This document shows, piece after piece, positions 19,185 to 28,357 of a stretch of 64,000 nucleotides of DNA; position 1 is the stretch's first letter, and every line of letters begins with the position of its first letter. Source of the DNA: Planctomycetota bacterium. Lineage in GTDB: Bacteria > Planctomycetota > UBA11346. Both the position numbers and the translations under genes were made by a program. The notes beneath the pieces were generated by a model. It was given only the letters and a program-made list of their open reading frames with translations. It ran no database searches and was not told the origin of the DNA. The stretch spans positions 64,001-128,000 of the forward strand of contig JBBQSO010000001.1 in the NCBI GenBank assembly GCA_038213805.1. Reading direction: 5' to 3'.

Positions 19185-20621
19185 ATGCGCGACATCGCCT
19201 CCCATCTGCCCGGTATCCCGCTGTCACGGCGCGCCCTGCTCGGCCGCGGCGCGCTCGGCATCGGCGCGCTCGCCGCGAGCGCGCTGTTCGGCCCGCACCT
19301 GGACGCCGGCGAGCCGGTCGCGCACGCTGGGAACAACCCGCCGAAGGCGACGCACTTCCCGGCCAAGGCCACCAGCGTGATCTTCCTGTTCATGGACGGC
19401 GGCGTTTCGCAGGTCGACAGCTTCGACCCCAAACCGCTGCTGACCCAGGAAAATGGCAAACCATTCAAGATGAAGATGGAGCCGACCCAGTTCAACAACA
19501 ACGGCAACACCCTGGGCAGCCCGTGGGAGTTCAAAAACTACGGCCAGAGCGGCCTGCCGATCAGCGCGCTGTTCCCGCACATCGGCGGCTGCGCCGACGA
19601 TCTGACCATCATCCGCTCGCTGGTTTCAGAGTTTCCCGAGCATACCTCCGCCAACTACTTCGTGCACACCGGATCGGGCCTGCAGGGCCGCCCGTCGATG
19701 GGCGCGTGGGCGTCCTACGGACTGGGCAGCCGCTGCGCTGACCTGCCGGGTTTCATCGTGCTCAACGGCGGCCTGATCCCGCCGGGCGGGCTGGACTGCT
19801 TCGGCAATGGCTTCCTGCCCGCGACCTTCCAAAGCTCGATCTTCCGCGCCACCGCCCAACCGGTGGCCAACGTCCGGCCGAGCGAGCGCACACCGCAGCT
19901 GCAGCGCGACAAGCTGGCGTTGACGCGCGGCCTGGACCAGGGCCTGCTCGCCCGCGTCGGTGCCCAGGACGCGCTGGAATCGGCGATCGCCAACGCCGAA
20001 ATGGCGTTCGCCATGCAGACCTCGGTGCCGCAGCTCATGGACCTGTCCGGCGAGAGCGCCGCGACGCGGGCGCTGTACGGACTTGATTCGCAGTTCGAAC
20101 ACACGCGCAGCTACGCCGCGCAGTGCCTGGTCGCGCGCCGCCTGGTCGAGCGTGGCGTGCGCTTCATCGAGCTGACCTGCCCGCCCTGCTCCGGCGACCG
20201 CTGGGACCAGCACAGCGCACTCAAGAAGGGCCACGAGGAGAACGCGCGCGCCGTCGACCAGCCGATCGCCGGCCTGCTCACCGACCTCAAGGCGCGCGGG
20301 CTGCTCGACAGCACCCTGGTGGTGTTCAGCGGCGAGTTCGGCCGCACGCCCTTCGCGCAGGGTTCCGACGGGCGCGACCACAACCCCTTCGCATTCTCGG
20401 CATGGCTGGCCGGCGGTGGCGTCAAGGGCGGCCACATCCACGGCGCCACCGACGAGTACGGCTACAAGGTGGTCCAGGACAAGGTCGACGTCCATGACCT
20501 GCACGCCACCATGCTGCACCTCATGGGCATGGACCACAAACGCGTCACCTACCGCTACGGCGGCCGCGACATGCGCCTGACCGACGTGCACGGCGAAGTG
20601 GTGAAGGGCATCCTGGCCTGA
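19185..20621 (+). CDS. DUF1501 domain protein (Tat-exported)
   Basis: SRRALL Tat motif, VIFLFMDGGVSQVDSFDPKP, ARRLVERGVRF, GEFGRTP, GRDHNP, RLTDVHG. Confidence 0.95.
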   Translation: MRDIASHLPGIPLSRRALLGRGALGIGALAASALFGPHLDAGEPVAHAGNNPPKATHFPAKATSVIFLFMDGGVSQVDSFDPKPLLTQENGKPFKMKMEPTQFNNNGNTLGSPWEFKNYGQSGLPISALFPHIGGCADDLTIIRSLVSEFPEHTSANYFVHTGSGLQGRPSMGAWASYGLGSRCADLPGFIVLNGGLIPPGGLDCFGNGFLPATFQSSIFRATAQPVANVRPSERTPQLQRDKLALTRGLDQGLLARVGAQDALESAIANAEMAFAMQTSVPQLMDLSGESAATRALYGLDSQFEHTRSYAAQCLVARRLVERGVRFIELTCPPCSGDRWDQHSALKKGHEENARAVDQPIAGLLTDLKARGLLDSTLVVFSGEFGRTPFAQGSDGRDHNPFAFSAWLAGGGVKGGHIHGATDEYGYKVVQDKVDVHDLHATMLHLMGMDHKRVTYRYGGRDMRLTDVHGEVVKGILA

Positions 20622-20647
20622 GCAAGCGGCCGCCGTGGTGCGGCGCT

Positions 20648-23638
20648 TCAGAAGTCGTCGGCGCCGGGCTTGATGACCGGCGGCGGCGGCTGGTAATTGA
20701 GGAAGGCGTTGGGACCGAACGCCGCGTTGGCCGCGGCGACTTTGGCAGCGAGCACGGTGCGCTGCTCCGCGGTCAAGGCGGTGCGATCGAGCAGTCTGCG
20801 CGCCGCGATGCGCGCCCAGGCTCCCGGAGCGGCGACGCAGACGTCCAGCGCGGCGATGGTCGCCCCGCTCAGTGGTCGGATCTGGGCATGCCGCTGCAGC
20901 GCCATGGCGGCGTACTGCGCCACCATGCGGTCAGGACAGGAAAGCAGCCTGACCAGCAAAGCCTCGCTACCGTCGCTGCGCGAACCGCCGAGCGCGCCGG
21001 TGAGCGGCGCAAGGTCGCTGGTCCAGTTCGGGGCCGGCATGTGCTCGCACTCGGCGATGATCGCCGCTGCGGCGGCGAGACCCGCGGGCTGCAAGCGCTC
21101 GACCAACGCCGCAGCGGCGTTGATGCGCCCCGCCGCGCCATGGACGGGCTGGGATATCGGACCGGCATCGGCCTGCGGGGCGGCCTGCAGCTCGGCGAGG
21201 AGAGCGGCATCCGCGTCCGGGCCGCGCAGCCGGCAGAGCGCCAGCAGTGCGGCGTTGCCGACCGTGTAGGGCTCCAGCTCGAGCGCGGAGCGGTCGCCGC
21301 GCAGTGCGACGATGGCCGCGACCAGTGCCGCTGGCGCGTCACCATCCAGCGCGGTGCCCGCAGTGGCCAGCGCCGCGTCGCGCACGACGGCATCGGCGGT
21401 GGCCAGTGCAGCCTGTACGGCGGCGAGCGCGCGCGGTCCGCCGTGGGGCGGCAGGGCGCGCAGCACCCACGCGCGGGCGCGTGATTGGGTCTCGTTGGTC
21501 GCGCGGGCGATGATAAGCTCGTCGAACGCGGCGATCATCGCTTCGGAGTGTTTGCGCTCGCGCACCGCCTTGGCCAGGATCAGCGCCTGGTGCGCCGCTT
21601 CCGTGCGCACCTCGGGCCGGGGGTCGACGAGGGTTGCCAGGAACGCCGCCATGACCGCGTCACCCGGCCCATCCTTGCGCGTGAGCGCAACTGCGAGCGC
21701 CCCGCCCAGGCCGCGCACCGCGCCACGCCGAGCCTTTGCCTGCGTGTCGGCCAAGCCGGCGCGCAGCCACGGCAGCAGCGCTGCGGGATCCGCATCGGGC
21801 TGGGCTCCGGGAAGCGCGGCTGAGGCCTGCGCGCGCATCTCCGCGGATGGGCTGCCCGCGGCCAGAGTCAGCAACTGCTCCGTCACCGCCGGCATCCCGC
21901 CCAGCTCGCGGCGCCAAGCGAGCAGGGCGGGCACCCGCGCCTCGTCGCCCTGGTTGGCGACGAGCAGCGCTGCAATCAGCGGGCTCCACCCGATGGTATT
22001 GTCGCGAGCGATCTGCGGGGCTGCCGCCACCAGCAGCGCCGCGGTGGGAAGCACGCCGGCACCGATCACCAGGTCGTGACCACGCAGCACCGCGCCGCCG
22101 CCATCCGTCTCGACCCAGGCGAGGGTGGTCGGCACCTGCGGCGCCAGCGCCGCCCGTTCGAGAACGTCGAGCAACGCACCAGCAGTGACGGCATCCAGCC
22201 CGTCCAGGAACGGCAGCGGCAGCTCGCCACCGCTGATGGCGTGCAGACTGAGCGCAGCGCGCGCGAGCGGCACCAGCGCACCGAGGCGGTGGAGGATCGC
22301 CTGGTTGGCCTGCAGCGCGAGCCCGAGCGCGCCGGCGGGCAGGCCATGCTGCGTGCGCAGGCGTCCGGCCAGCCCGGGATTGCCGAGGCGCGTGAGCAGG
22401 TGTTCTTCAGTGGAGATCAGCCAGGCGCGTGCGCTGCGGCGGATCCAGATCGGCGCGCCGATCCACTTCGGCGTGACCTTGACCGGGGCCTGGCGCGCCG
22501 CGTCGATGCTGCCGCCGTCGTCTGGCCACGCGGCGCGCAGCCGCGCATCCAACCCCGGGCCGGCAGGGATGGCGAGGACCATGTCCGGCAACGGCAGTGC
22601 GGGCACGATGGCGACCCAGGCCGGGCCATCCACCTCCGCCAGGATGGCGGTGTCCGGACCCCATGCGGTGACTGCCAGCGGATCGGCGCTGGCCGCGCGG
22701 ACGGCCAGCGCCGCCAACGCGGGACCGTCGAGACCGACGGCGGACAGCGTGAGCGCGTCCGCGGGGACCTCGGCTTCCAGCACTGCGGTATCCAGCGCGC
22801 GCAGGGGCAGGTGGGCCCCGGGCAGGCGTATGGTCTCGCTGCTGCGGCCGCTGGCCAGACTCACCGTCGCCGCGACCTCGGTCGCACCGCTCGCCCGCAG
22901 CATCGCCTCCGCTCCGGGGATGCCCAAGGAGGCGACCAGCGCCGCCAGGTCGGCGGTAAGCTGCAGGTCGGCATCTCCAGCACCGCCCTGCGCAGGCTCG
23001 GCCCCAAGGCCGCCACCCAGCAACGTCGCGCCCTGCGCGACGATCCGCACCCCATCCACAGGGTCTTCCCCCCAAAAGGTGCGCGAGCGTGCGATGACGA
23101 CCCCATCTCCATCGGGCTGCGCGGGGACCCGCGCCATCACCGGCACCATCTGGTACGTATCGACCTGACCCAGGCGGAGCCGGGAGATGGCGGCGACATC
23201 TGTGGCGATGATGCCCTCGGCGCGCCGTCGGTCGCGCTCGGCCGCAGCCGGCACACCGAGCAGCATCGGCGCCGCGGGCGCGTCCAGATCGATGCGGAAG
23301 GCGACTTCGGTCTGCAGGCTCGCGGTGATCGCGGTGAGGTGCGGAAGCAGGCCCCGGAGATCAATCCCGGTGAGGTCCGCACCCTGGTCGATGAACCCAC
23401 CGAGGCGTGCCCGCGCGGCGTCGTCGAGGGCGCGCGTCGCGAGCGCGCCGTACCAGCTCGTCGCGAGCCGCGCGCGCAGGCGCGGGACATCGGGGATGCT
23501 CAGTGTAAACAGCGGGCCATTCGGATACGGGTGCACCGCGGGCACGGGTTCGGTTGGAAGCTCGACCGCGGCCACAGCGCAGCAAGCAACGAGGGCGATG
23601 CACATCATCAACGCCAGTGGCACGCGGCGCGCGACCAT
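20648..23638 (-). CDS. Large exported hypothetical protein with C-terminal HEAT-like repeats
   Basis: Long ORF with genome-typical composition; hydrophobic N-terminus; repeats such as LADTQAKARRGAVRGL, LVDPRPEVRTEAA, DAVVRDAAL. Start uncertain (23638 or 23728). Confidence 0.65.
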   Translation of the reverse strand: MVARRVPLALMMCIALVACCAVAAVELPTEPVPAVHPYPNGPLFTLSIPDVPRLRARLATSWYGALATRALDDAARARLGGFIDQGADLTGIDLRGLLPHLTAITASLQTEVAFRIDLDAPAAPMLLGVPAAAERDRRRAEGIIATDVAAISRLRLGQVDTYQMVPVMARVPAQPDGDGVVIARSRTFWGEDPVDGVRIVAQGATLLGGGLGAEPAQGGAGDADLQLTADLAALVASLGIPGAEAMLRASGATEVAATVSLASGRSSETIRLPGAHLPLRALDTAVLEAEVPADALTLSAVGLDGPALAALAVRAASADPLAVTAWGPDTAILAEVDGPAWVAIVPALPLPDMVLAIPAGPGLDARLRAAWPDDGGSIDAARQAPVKVTPKWIGAPIWIRRSARAWLISTEEHLLTRLGNPGLAGRLRTQHGLPAGALGLALQANQAILHRLGALVPLARAALSLHAISGGELPLPFLDGLDAVTAGALLDVLERAALAPQVPTTLAWVETDGGGAVLRGHDLVIGAGVLPTAALLVAAAPQIARDNTIGWSPLIAALLVANQGDEARVPALLAWRRELGGMPAVTEQLLTLAAGSPSAEMRAQASAALPGAQPDADPAALLPWLRAGLADTQAKARRGAVRGLGGALAVALTRKDGPGDAVMAAFLATLVDPRPEVRTEAAHQALILAKAVRERKHSEAMIAAFDELIIARATNETQSRARAWVLRALPPHGGPRALAAVQAALATADAVVRDAALATAGTALDGDAPAALVAAIVALRGDRSALELEPYTVGNAALLALCRLRGPDADAALLAELQAAPQADAGPISQPVHGAAGRINAAAALVERLQPAGLAAAAAIIAECEHMPAPNWTSDLAPLTGALGGSRSDGSEALLVRLLSCPDRMVAQYAAMALQRHAQIRPLSGATIAALDVCVAAPGAWARIAARRLLDRTALTAEQRTVLAAKVAAANAAFGPNAFLNYQPPPPVIKPGADDF

Positions 23639-23839
23639 CGCACAGCATCGCCAGCCGTGGCACCCAGACTGGTCGACGAACGCGGCCGCCGAGGCGGCGG
23701 AAACACAGAGCATGGGGGGATGATGCATGGCAGCGGCCGATCAGCATTCTCCCCCTCGTGCCAGGGGCAAGCGGATTGCCCGACCGTTGTGCGCCCCAAC
23801 GCGACTGCGGGCGAGCTTTTCAACTCCGGGCCTAACGCC

Positions 23840-26248
23840 TCACTTCTCCACCCACGGCGACAACCGCATCCCCGGAATCGGCCGTTCCATGCCGCCATCG
23901 GGAAGCTTCCAACCGACCGAGCAGTGGCTGTCGCCCGCGCCCTGCTGGTGGCGGATCTCGAGATAATAGCGGTTCCCCGCCTGCAACGTGAGGGGCGCGG
24001 AGCGCTGCTTCCCGCCGTCCCAGTTCCCGTACTTGCTGCGCGACGACCAGCACAACACCCTGCACTTCTCCGGCGTCTCATCGCTGCTCAGCGCGAGTTC
24101 GCCTTCGTTATCCGCGGTGATCCAGAACACGTACGTGCCGGTCTGTGGTGGCACCAGATAGCCACGCAGGCGTGAATAATAGGCTTTCCCGTCGTTGCGC
24201 GGCTCGTCCAAGATGGTGAGCGGGCCGCTCTGGTCAGGCGCATTCTTCAGCTTGGGGTTGGTGGCCGCCGTCTTCAGATAGTCAGTGGAGACGTCCAGCC
24301 ACTTTTCGCGCAGGATCGTACCCGCACCTGCGGGCGTGGCGACGATGCTGACCGCGACCCGCGGCGATGCTGTGTGACCGCCATCAACAGCGGTGGCGAC
24401 CGCGCTGAACGCGGCGACGTGCGCGTGCAGCCGATGGGGAGCAAGAGTGAGGCGCCAGGGCGGCCGGCTGACGCTGCCAAGCACCTGGTCCCCGTCCATG
24501 AACGCCACCGTGCTGATCTCGGCAGAGGATGCCACGACCTCGGCAAGCAGATCCAATGGCCGGCTGTCATCCTGGATGGCATCCGCTTGCGGCAGGGTCA
24601 GCAACGCCACCGGCGGAATCGGCGCCGCCGGCGCGCCGATGGTGGCCAAGGTCAACCCCGAAACCACCGCGTGGCCCGGTCCGCTGATGGTCAGCACCAG
24701 GGGCGCGCCGGTCAGGGTGGTGCGATAGGGTCCCAACCTGCGCCACGCCGTGCCCGGCAGCGGCGGCGCATTCTCGGTACGTTCGCCGACGACCAGCGAG
24801 ACCGCGCCAGCAGCGCCGTCACCGGCCACCCACAGCGTGATCTCGTAGGTCCCGGCGGGCAGGGCCTGGCTCAGCCGCACCGGCCCGCCACCGGCGATGA
24901 TGCCGCGCTCGAGCATGCTCTTGCCGTCAAAATCGAGGCCGGCGCCGCTCAGTGGCGGAATGGTGGCGGCGACCGCCTCTGCCCCCAGGACCAGCCCGCC
25001 GGCGAGCGCCTGGCGCTGGCCGATCCAAGGATTGCGCTCGATGACCACGCCCTCGCCACCAAGGTTGATGCCCCGTACGAAGACCGCCTGCCCATCGCTG
25101 CGCGGCATCCAGCGCGCCGCGGTCGGCACCGGCGCTGCCAACACCTTCGGTGGAGATAGAGCGGGATCCTGGTCGAGCGTACCCGGGACTTCAGCGCTGG
25201 GCGCCTGGACCACCACCGGCGCGGCCACGGCGCGCGGATGGTCACCACGTCCCCAGGTCAGCAGCAACGCGATGCTGCCGACCAGGATCAGGCCACCGGC
25301 GACCAAACCCGCCGCCAGCCCAGAGCTGCCTGTGGCGGGCGCGGACGTGCGCGGGCGGGAGAGCCCGTCCGAAGGTCGTACGCGCCGCGCGCCATGCTCT
25401 GGTGTGGCGATGCGCCGCAACTGCTCGGACGGGGAACGTGACGCCTCCACCCGGCGCAGCTCCGGCACCGGTGCAGGCTCGGCGCCCGCGCCAGGATCGA
25501 GAGTCGCCCAGGCGGAGTGGGCGACCACGCGCGCGGCGTCTTCGCCCAGTGGTCCAAGCAGCGCGCGCAGCACCAGATCAAGGCACGCCTGTCGCATGAA
25601 GGTGGCAGCGCGCCCGCGGTCGGCCAGGACCTGGCCGGCGAAGCGCCCACGCAGGTCGCCATCCAGGACGCCGGCGAGGTACTCCTCGATGATCGCGCTG
25701 AAGGGTCCATGCGCACTGGCGCCGACGCTGGCATCAGGCTGCCAGTCGAGGCTGCTACGCGCCATGACCAGGGAATCGGCGACGTCCTCGAGTGGGACGT
25801 TCTGGGCGGCGGCGAGCGCGGCGATCGGCAGCTGCTCGGCGTAGTGGCGATGCAGCAGGCGCTGCGCCATCAACGGCATGCGCCCCAGACGATCACGCAC
25901 CTGGTGCCCCGCAGCGAGGGTCGGCACAGCGACTGCTTGCAGCTCGGCCGCAGCCACGCGTGCCTGCGTCTGGGGCAATGCATCCGTGGTCGGCAGCGCC
26001 AAGCGCTGGGCCAGCTCGTTTCGCGCCAGGTCGAGCACCCATGGCAGTGGCGCTTCCGGACATGCAGCGAGTCGGCGCCGCACGACGCACCACACCGCCA
26101 GCGCAGCGTCATCGACCATCACCGCATCAAGCGCGTAGGTGGCCAGCCACAGGCGCAGCTCGCCATGCAGCGCCTGGACCAGTTCGGTGAAGGCCGCGGC
26201 CTGTCCGCTCCGTACACGTGACGTGAGTGCGGCCAGCTCAGCGCTCAC
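23840..26248 (-). CDS. Membrane-anchored fusion: degenerate ECF sigma, anti-sigma-like domain, TM helix, malectin-like, Ig-like and PA14 domains
   Basis: AAFTELVQ (sigma2-like); RLLHRHYAEQLPIAALA..V..SL..AR (sigma4-like); IIEEYLAGVLD; TM LVAGGLILVGSIALLL; FVRGINLGG; PA14 RLRGYLVPPQTGTYVFWITADNEGEL..QGAGDSH. Confidence 0.75.
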   Translation of the reverse strand: MSAELAALTSRVRSGQAAAFTELVQALHGELRLWLATYALDAVMVDDAALAVWCVVRRRLAACPEAPLPWVLDLARNELAQRLALPTTDALPQTQARVAAAELQAVAVPTLAAGHQVRDRLGRMPLMAQRLLHRHYAEQLPIAALAAAQNVPLEDVADSLVMARSSLDWQPDASVGASAHGPFSAIIEEYLAGVLDGDLRGRFAGQVLADRGRAATFMRQACLDLVLRALLGPLGEDAARVVAHSAWATLDPGAGAEPAPVPELRRVEASRSPSEQLRRIATPEHGARRVRPSDGLSRPRTSAPATGSSGLAAGLVAGGLILVGSIALLLTWGRGDHPRAVAAPVVVQAPSAEVPGTLDQDPALSPPKVLAAPVPTAARWMPRSDGQAVFVRGINLGGEGVVIERNPWIGQRQALAGGLVLGAEAVAATIPPLSGAGLDFDGKSMLERGIIAGGGPVRLSQALPAGTYEITLWVAGDGAAGAVSLVVGERTENAPPLPGTAWRRLGPYRTTLTGAPLVLTISGPGHAVVSGLTLATIGAPAAPIPPVALLTLPQADAIQDDSRPLDLLAEVVASSAEISTVAFMDGDQVLGSVSRPPWRLTLAPHRLHAHVAAFSAVATAVDGGHTASPRVAVSIVATPAGAGTILREKWLDVSTDYLKTAATNPKLKNAPDQSGPLTILDEPRNDGKAYYSRLRGYLVPPQTGTYVFWITADNEGELALSSDETPEKCRVLCWSSRSKYGNWDGGKQRSAPLTLQAGNRYYLEIRHQQGAGDSHCSVGWKLPDGGMERPIPGMRLSPWVEK

Positions 26249-27521
26249 GGGAGGTCCCTCTGTCCGGCCGCCCCGCGCGACGGCGGGCAGCGGCAGTCCG
26301 GCCACTCGGACGACGTTGCCGGCTCAGCCGGTCACTTCCACGGCAATGCCCGGCGAGGCGGCTCCGGCCGATCGCGCTCCGCCACCCGTGCGGCCGTCGG
26401 GATGGGCCGCGACGGGGCGGTCCAGAGCGGAATCGACTACGGGCTGGCACCATGGAACTGGGGGAGTTTACCTGCAGTACTGGGCCCCTGCCAGACCGCT
26501 TTCCCAGGACTCCGCACAGGCCAGTGCGACGCTGTCGGTAGCATCGCCTGCGATCCCAAGCTCGACCTGCTCCTCGACCGCGTCGTCGATGTCCAGCGTG
26601 AAAGGGGTGTGGGCCGCGTGGACCCAGCTCGCGCGCCTCAAGCAGGGGTTCTGCCCGCGACCGTGCACGACCCTCGCCTGCACCATCGACCTGGGTCCAG
26701 GCGGCACCTTCAGCACCACGATGCGTTCGCCCGACGTCACGAACGCGCATGCCCGCCGCCAAAAGAGCAGCCGGATCCTGGTCACTGCCAGGACAGCGTT
26801 TCCCAAGGCGGAAAATGCGCTCGCAACGCCTGCCCCTCTCACCTCATCGCCTGGAGGTTGCGTACCGTCCCCAACAACCATGTGAGCGCATGAAGGACGA
26901 GCGTCGCGCACGAGTACGAATTATGAGAAGCCTGGAATTCCTGCCCGCGCAGGGCGATGGACGGTCATTCCGCTGACCGTTCCATGCCCGCGCGCGATGA
27001 CCAGGACCTCCGCACCTTCCAGCCAGCGTCGTCGCTCAAGGCGCGTGGCCTCCATCTCGGCTGCCTGCCAACCTTATACACGGGATTGGGGCAGCATGGC
27101 GGCCGCGACCACCGTCTGTACGTCTGTCTCGCGCCACACGAGGGTCTCGTCGTGTTGTGCGCGACGACCTCGCCCGGACCTCGCTGAGTGGATCGAGGTG
27201 CAAGCGGTGAGACGAATGGAACAAGAGCATCCGTCCGCACTCTCACGCACCAGAGGTCGTGAAGACACCAGTCATGTTTGCACAAATGTTAAAAGCATAG
27301 ATGACTCATGAATTCGATTTATCAGCACGCGAATACTGGCCACATCGTCAACCTCGGCAACTCGCACTGATTCCTGGAATTTCACTGCATTTGGACGAGA
27401 GAAATAATTTAGGTTGCTGGGTTCAGCGTCCCATGTCCTAAGCTTCCCGATGACCTGCGTCATGCGCCCTTAAGCCGCTCCAGCGCCGCCTTCTGCCGCG
27501 TCCAGTCCACCAAGGATTCCG

Positions 27522-27725
27522 ATGAATATGACTTTTGCCCTCGTCCTGACGATCGTCGGCATCGTGTTGCTGCTGATCGGACTTGATGCAGCGGATGCCA
27601 TCCAGAACGCCTTCTCGCGCCTGTTCTCCGGCCACCTCACCGATCACACGGTGTGGCTGACGGTGGGCGGCATCATCTGCGTGATCATCGGTCTAGGCGG
27701 CTGCTACCGCAGCCGCCGGATCTGA
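27522..27725 (+). CDS. DUF3185-family small membrane protein
   Basis: Two TM helices flanking FSRLFSG..TD.TVW..GG. Confidence 0.85.
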   Translation: MNMTFALVLTIVGIVLLLIGLDAADAIQNAFSRLFSGHLTDHTVWLTVGGIICVIIGLGGCYRSRRI

Positions 27726-27775
27726 TTTCCCGCCTTCGGTCCCCATCCATCAACACCTGACCAGGAGTCGATACC

Positions 27776-27916
27776 ATGGCCAAAGTCGAACATACGTCCA
27801 AGACCGTCGCCGCGAAGGCGTCGAAGATCCTCAAGGATCCGAAATCCACCAAAGCGATGAAGTCGATCGCCGCCTCGGCGCTGACCCAGGCGCCGGATCG
27901 CAATAAGCGTAAGTAG
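27776..27916 (+). CDS. 46-aa basic small protein (not in the ORF track)
   Basis: AGGAG at 27763; ATG 27776 to TAG 27914-27916; MAKVEHTSKTVAAKASKILKDPKSTKAMKSIAASALTQAPDRNKRK; mostly G/C third positions. Confidence 0.8.
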   Translation: MAKVEHTSKTVAAKASKILKDPKSTKAMKSIAASALTQAPDRNKRK

Positions 27917-27930
27917 TCCCGCTGTCGATC

Positions 27931-27985
27931 GTGGCCGGATGCGTCCGGCCACGAATCCCTGGGCTCGCCCCCCCTCTGGGCGAGC
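27931..27985. terminator. Two adjacent GC-rich hairpins between small genes
   Basis: GTGGCCGGA-TGCG-TCCGGCCAC and GCTCGCCC-N7-GGGCGAGC; no U-tract. Confidence 0.35.
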
Positions 27986-28015
27986 AGTCCACACCCACTT
28001 CTCCGGATGCACCTC

Positions 28016-28189
28016 ATGCTCAGATGGGCCCTCATCTTCCTCGTCATCGCCCTCATCGCCGCCGTCTTCGGATACGGTGGCGTGTCGCGGGACTTGGCGG
28101 AAATCGCCAAAATCCTCTTCTTCATCTTCATCGTGATCTTCGCGATCACCGGATTGATGCATCTGATGGGCTCCGGCCGGCGCCGCTGA
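28016..28189 (+). CDS. ytjA: DUF1328 / UPF0391 small membrane protein
   Basis: MLRWALIFLVIALIAAVFGYGG......IAKILFFIF is the characteristic family sequence. Confidence 0.9.
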   Translation: MLRWALIFLVIALIAAVFGYGGVSRDLAEIAKILFFIFIVIFAITGLMHLMGSGRRR

Positions 28190-28357
28190 GTGCTGGTCAT
28201 CGCGGTCTGAAGGGACGTCCCCGGACGGCTGCAATCGAGAAACGAATCAATCGGATCTTGGCTTAGAAGGCCTGCGCGGAACCGGCGCAGGGCCCTCCGT
28301 AGCCTCCTCACGTCCGTATTCCATCGCCCGCCATAATCTCACCCTCGGAAGAACCCC

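Noticed and set aside
26468..26911. 147-aa minus-strand ORF as a real gene
   Set aside because: No recognisable motif, RBS or signal; may be eroded sequence but cannot be supported.
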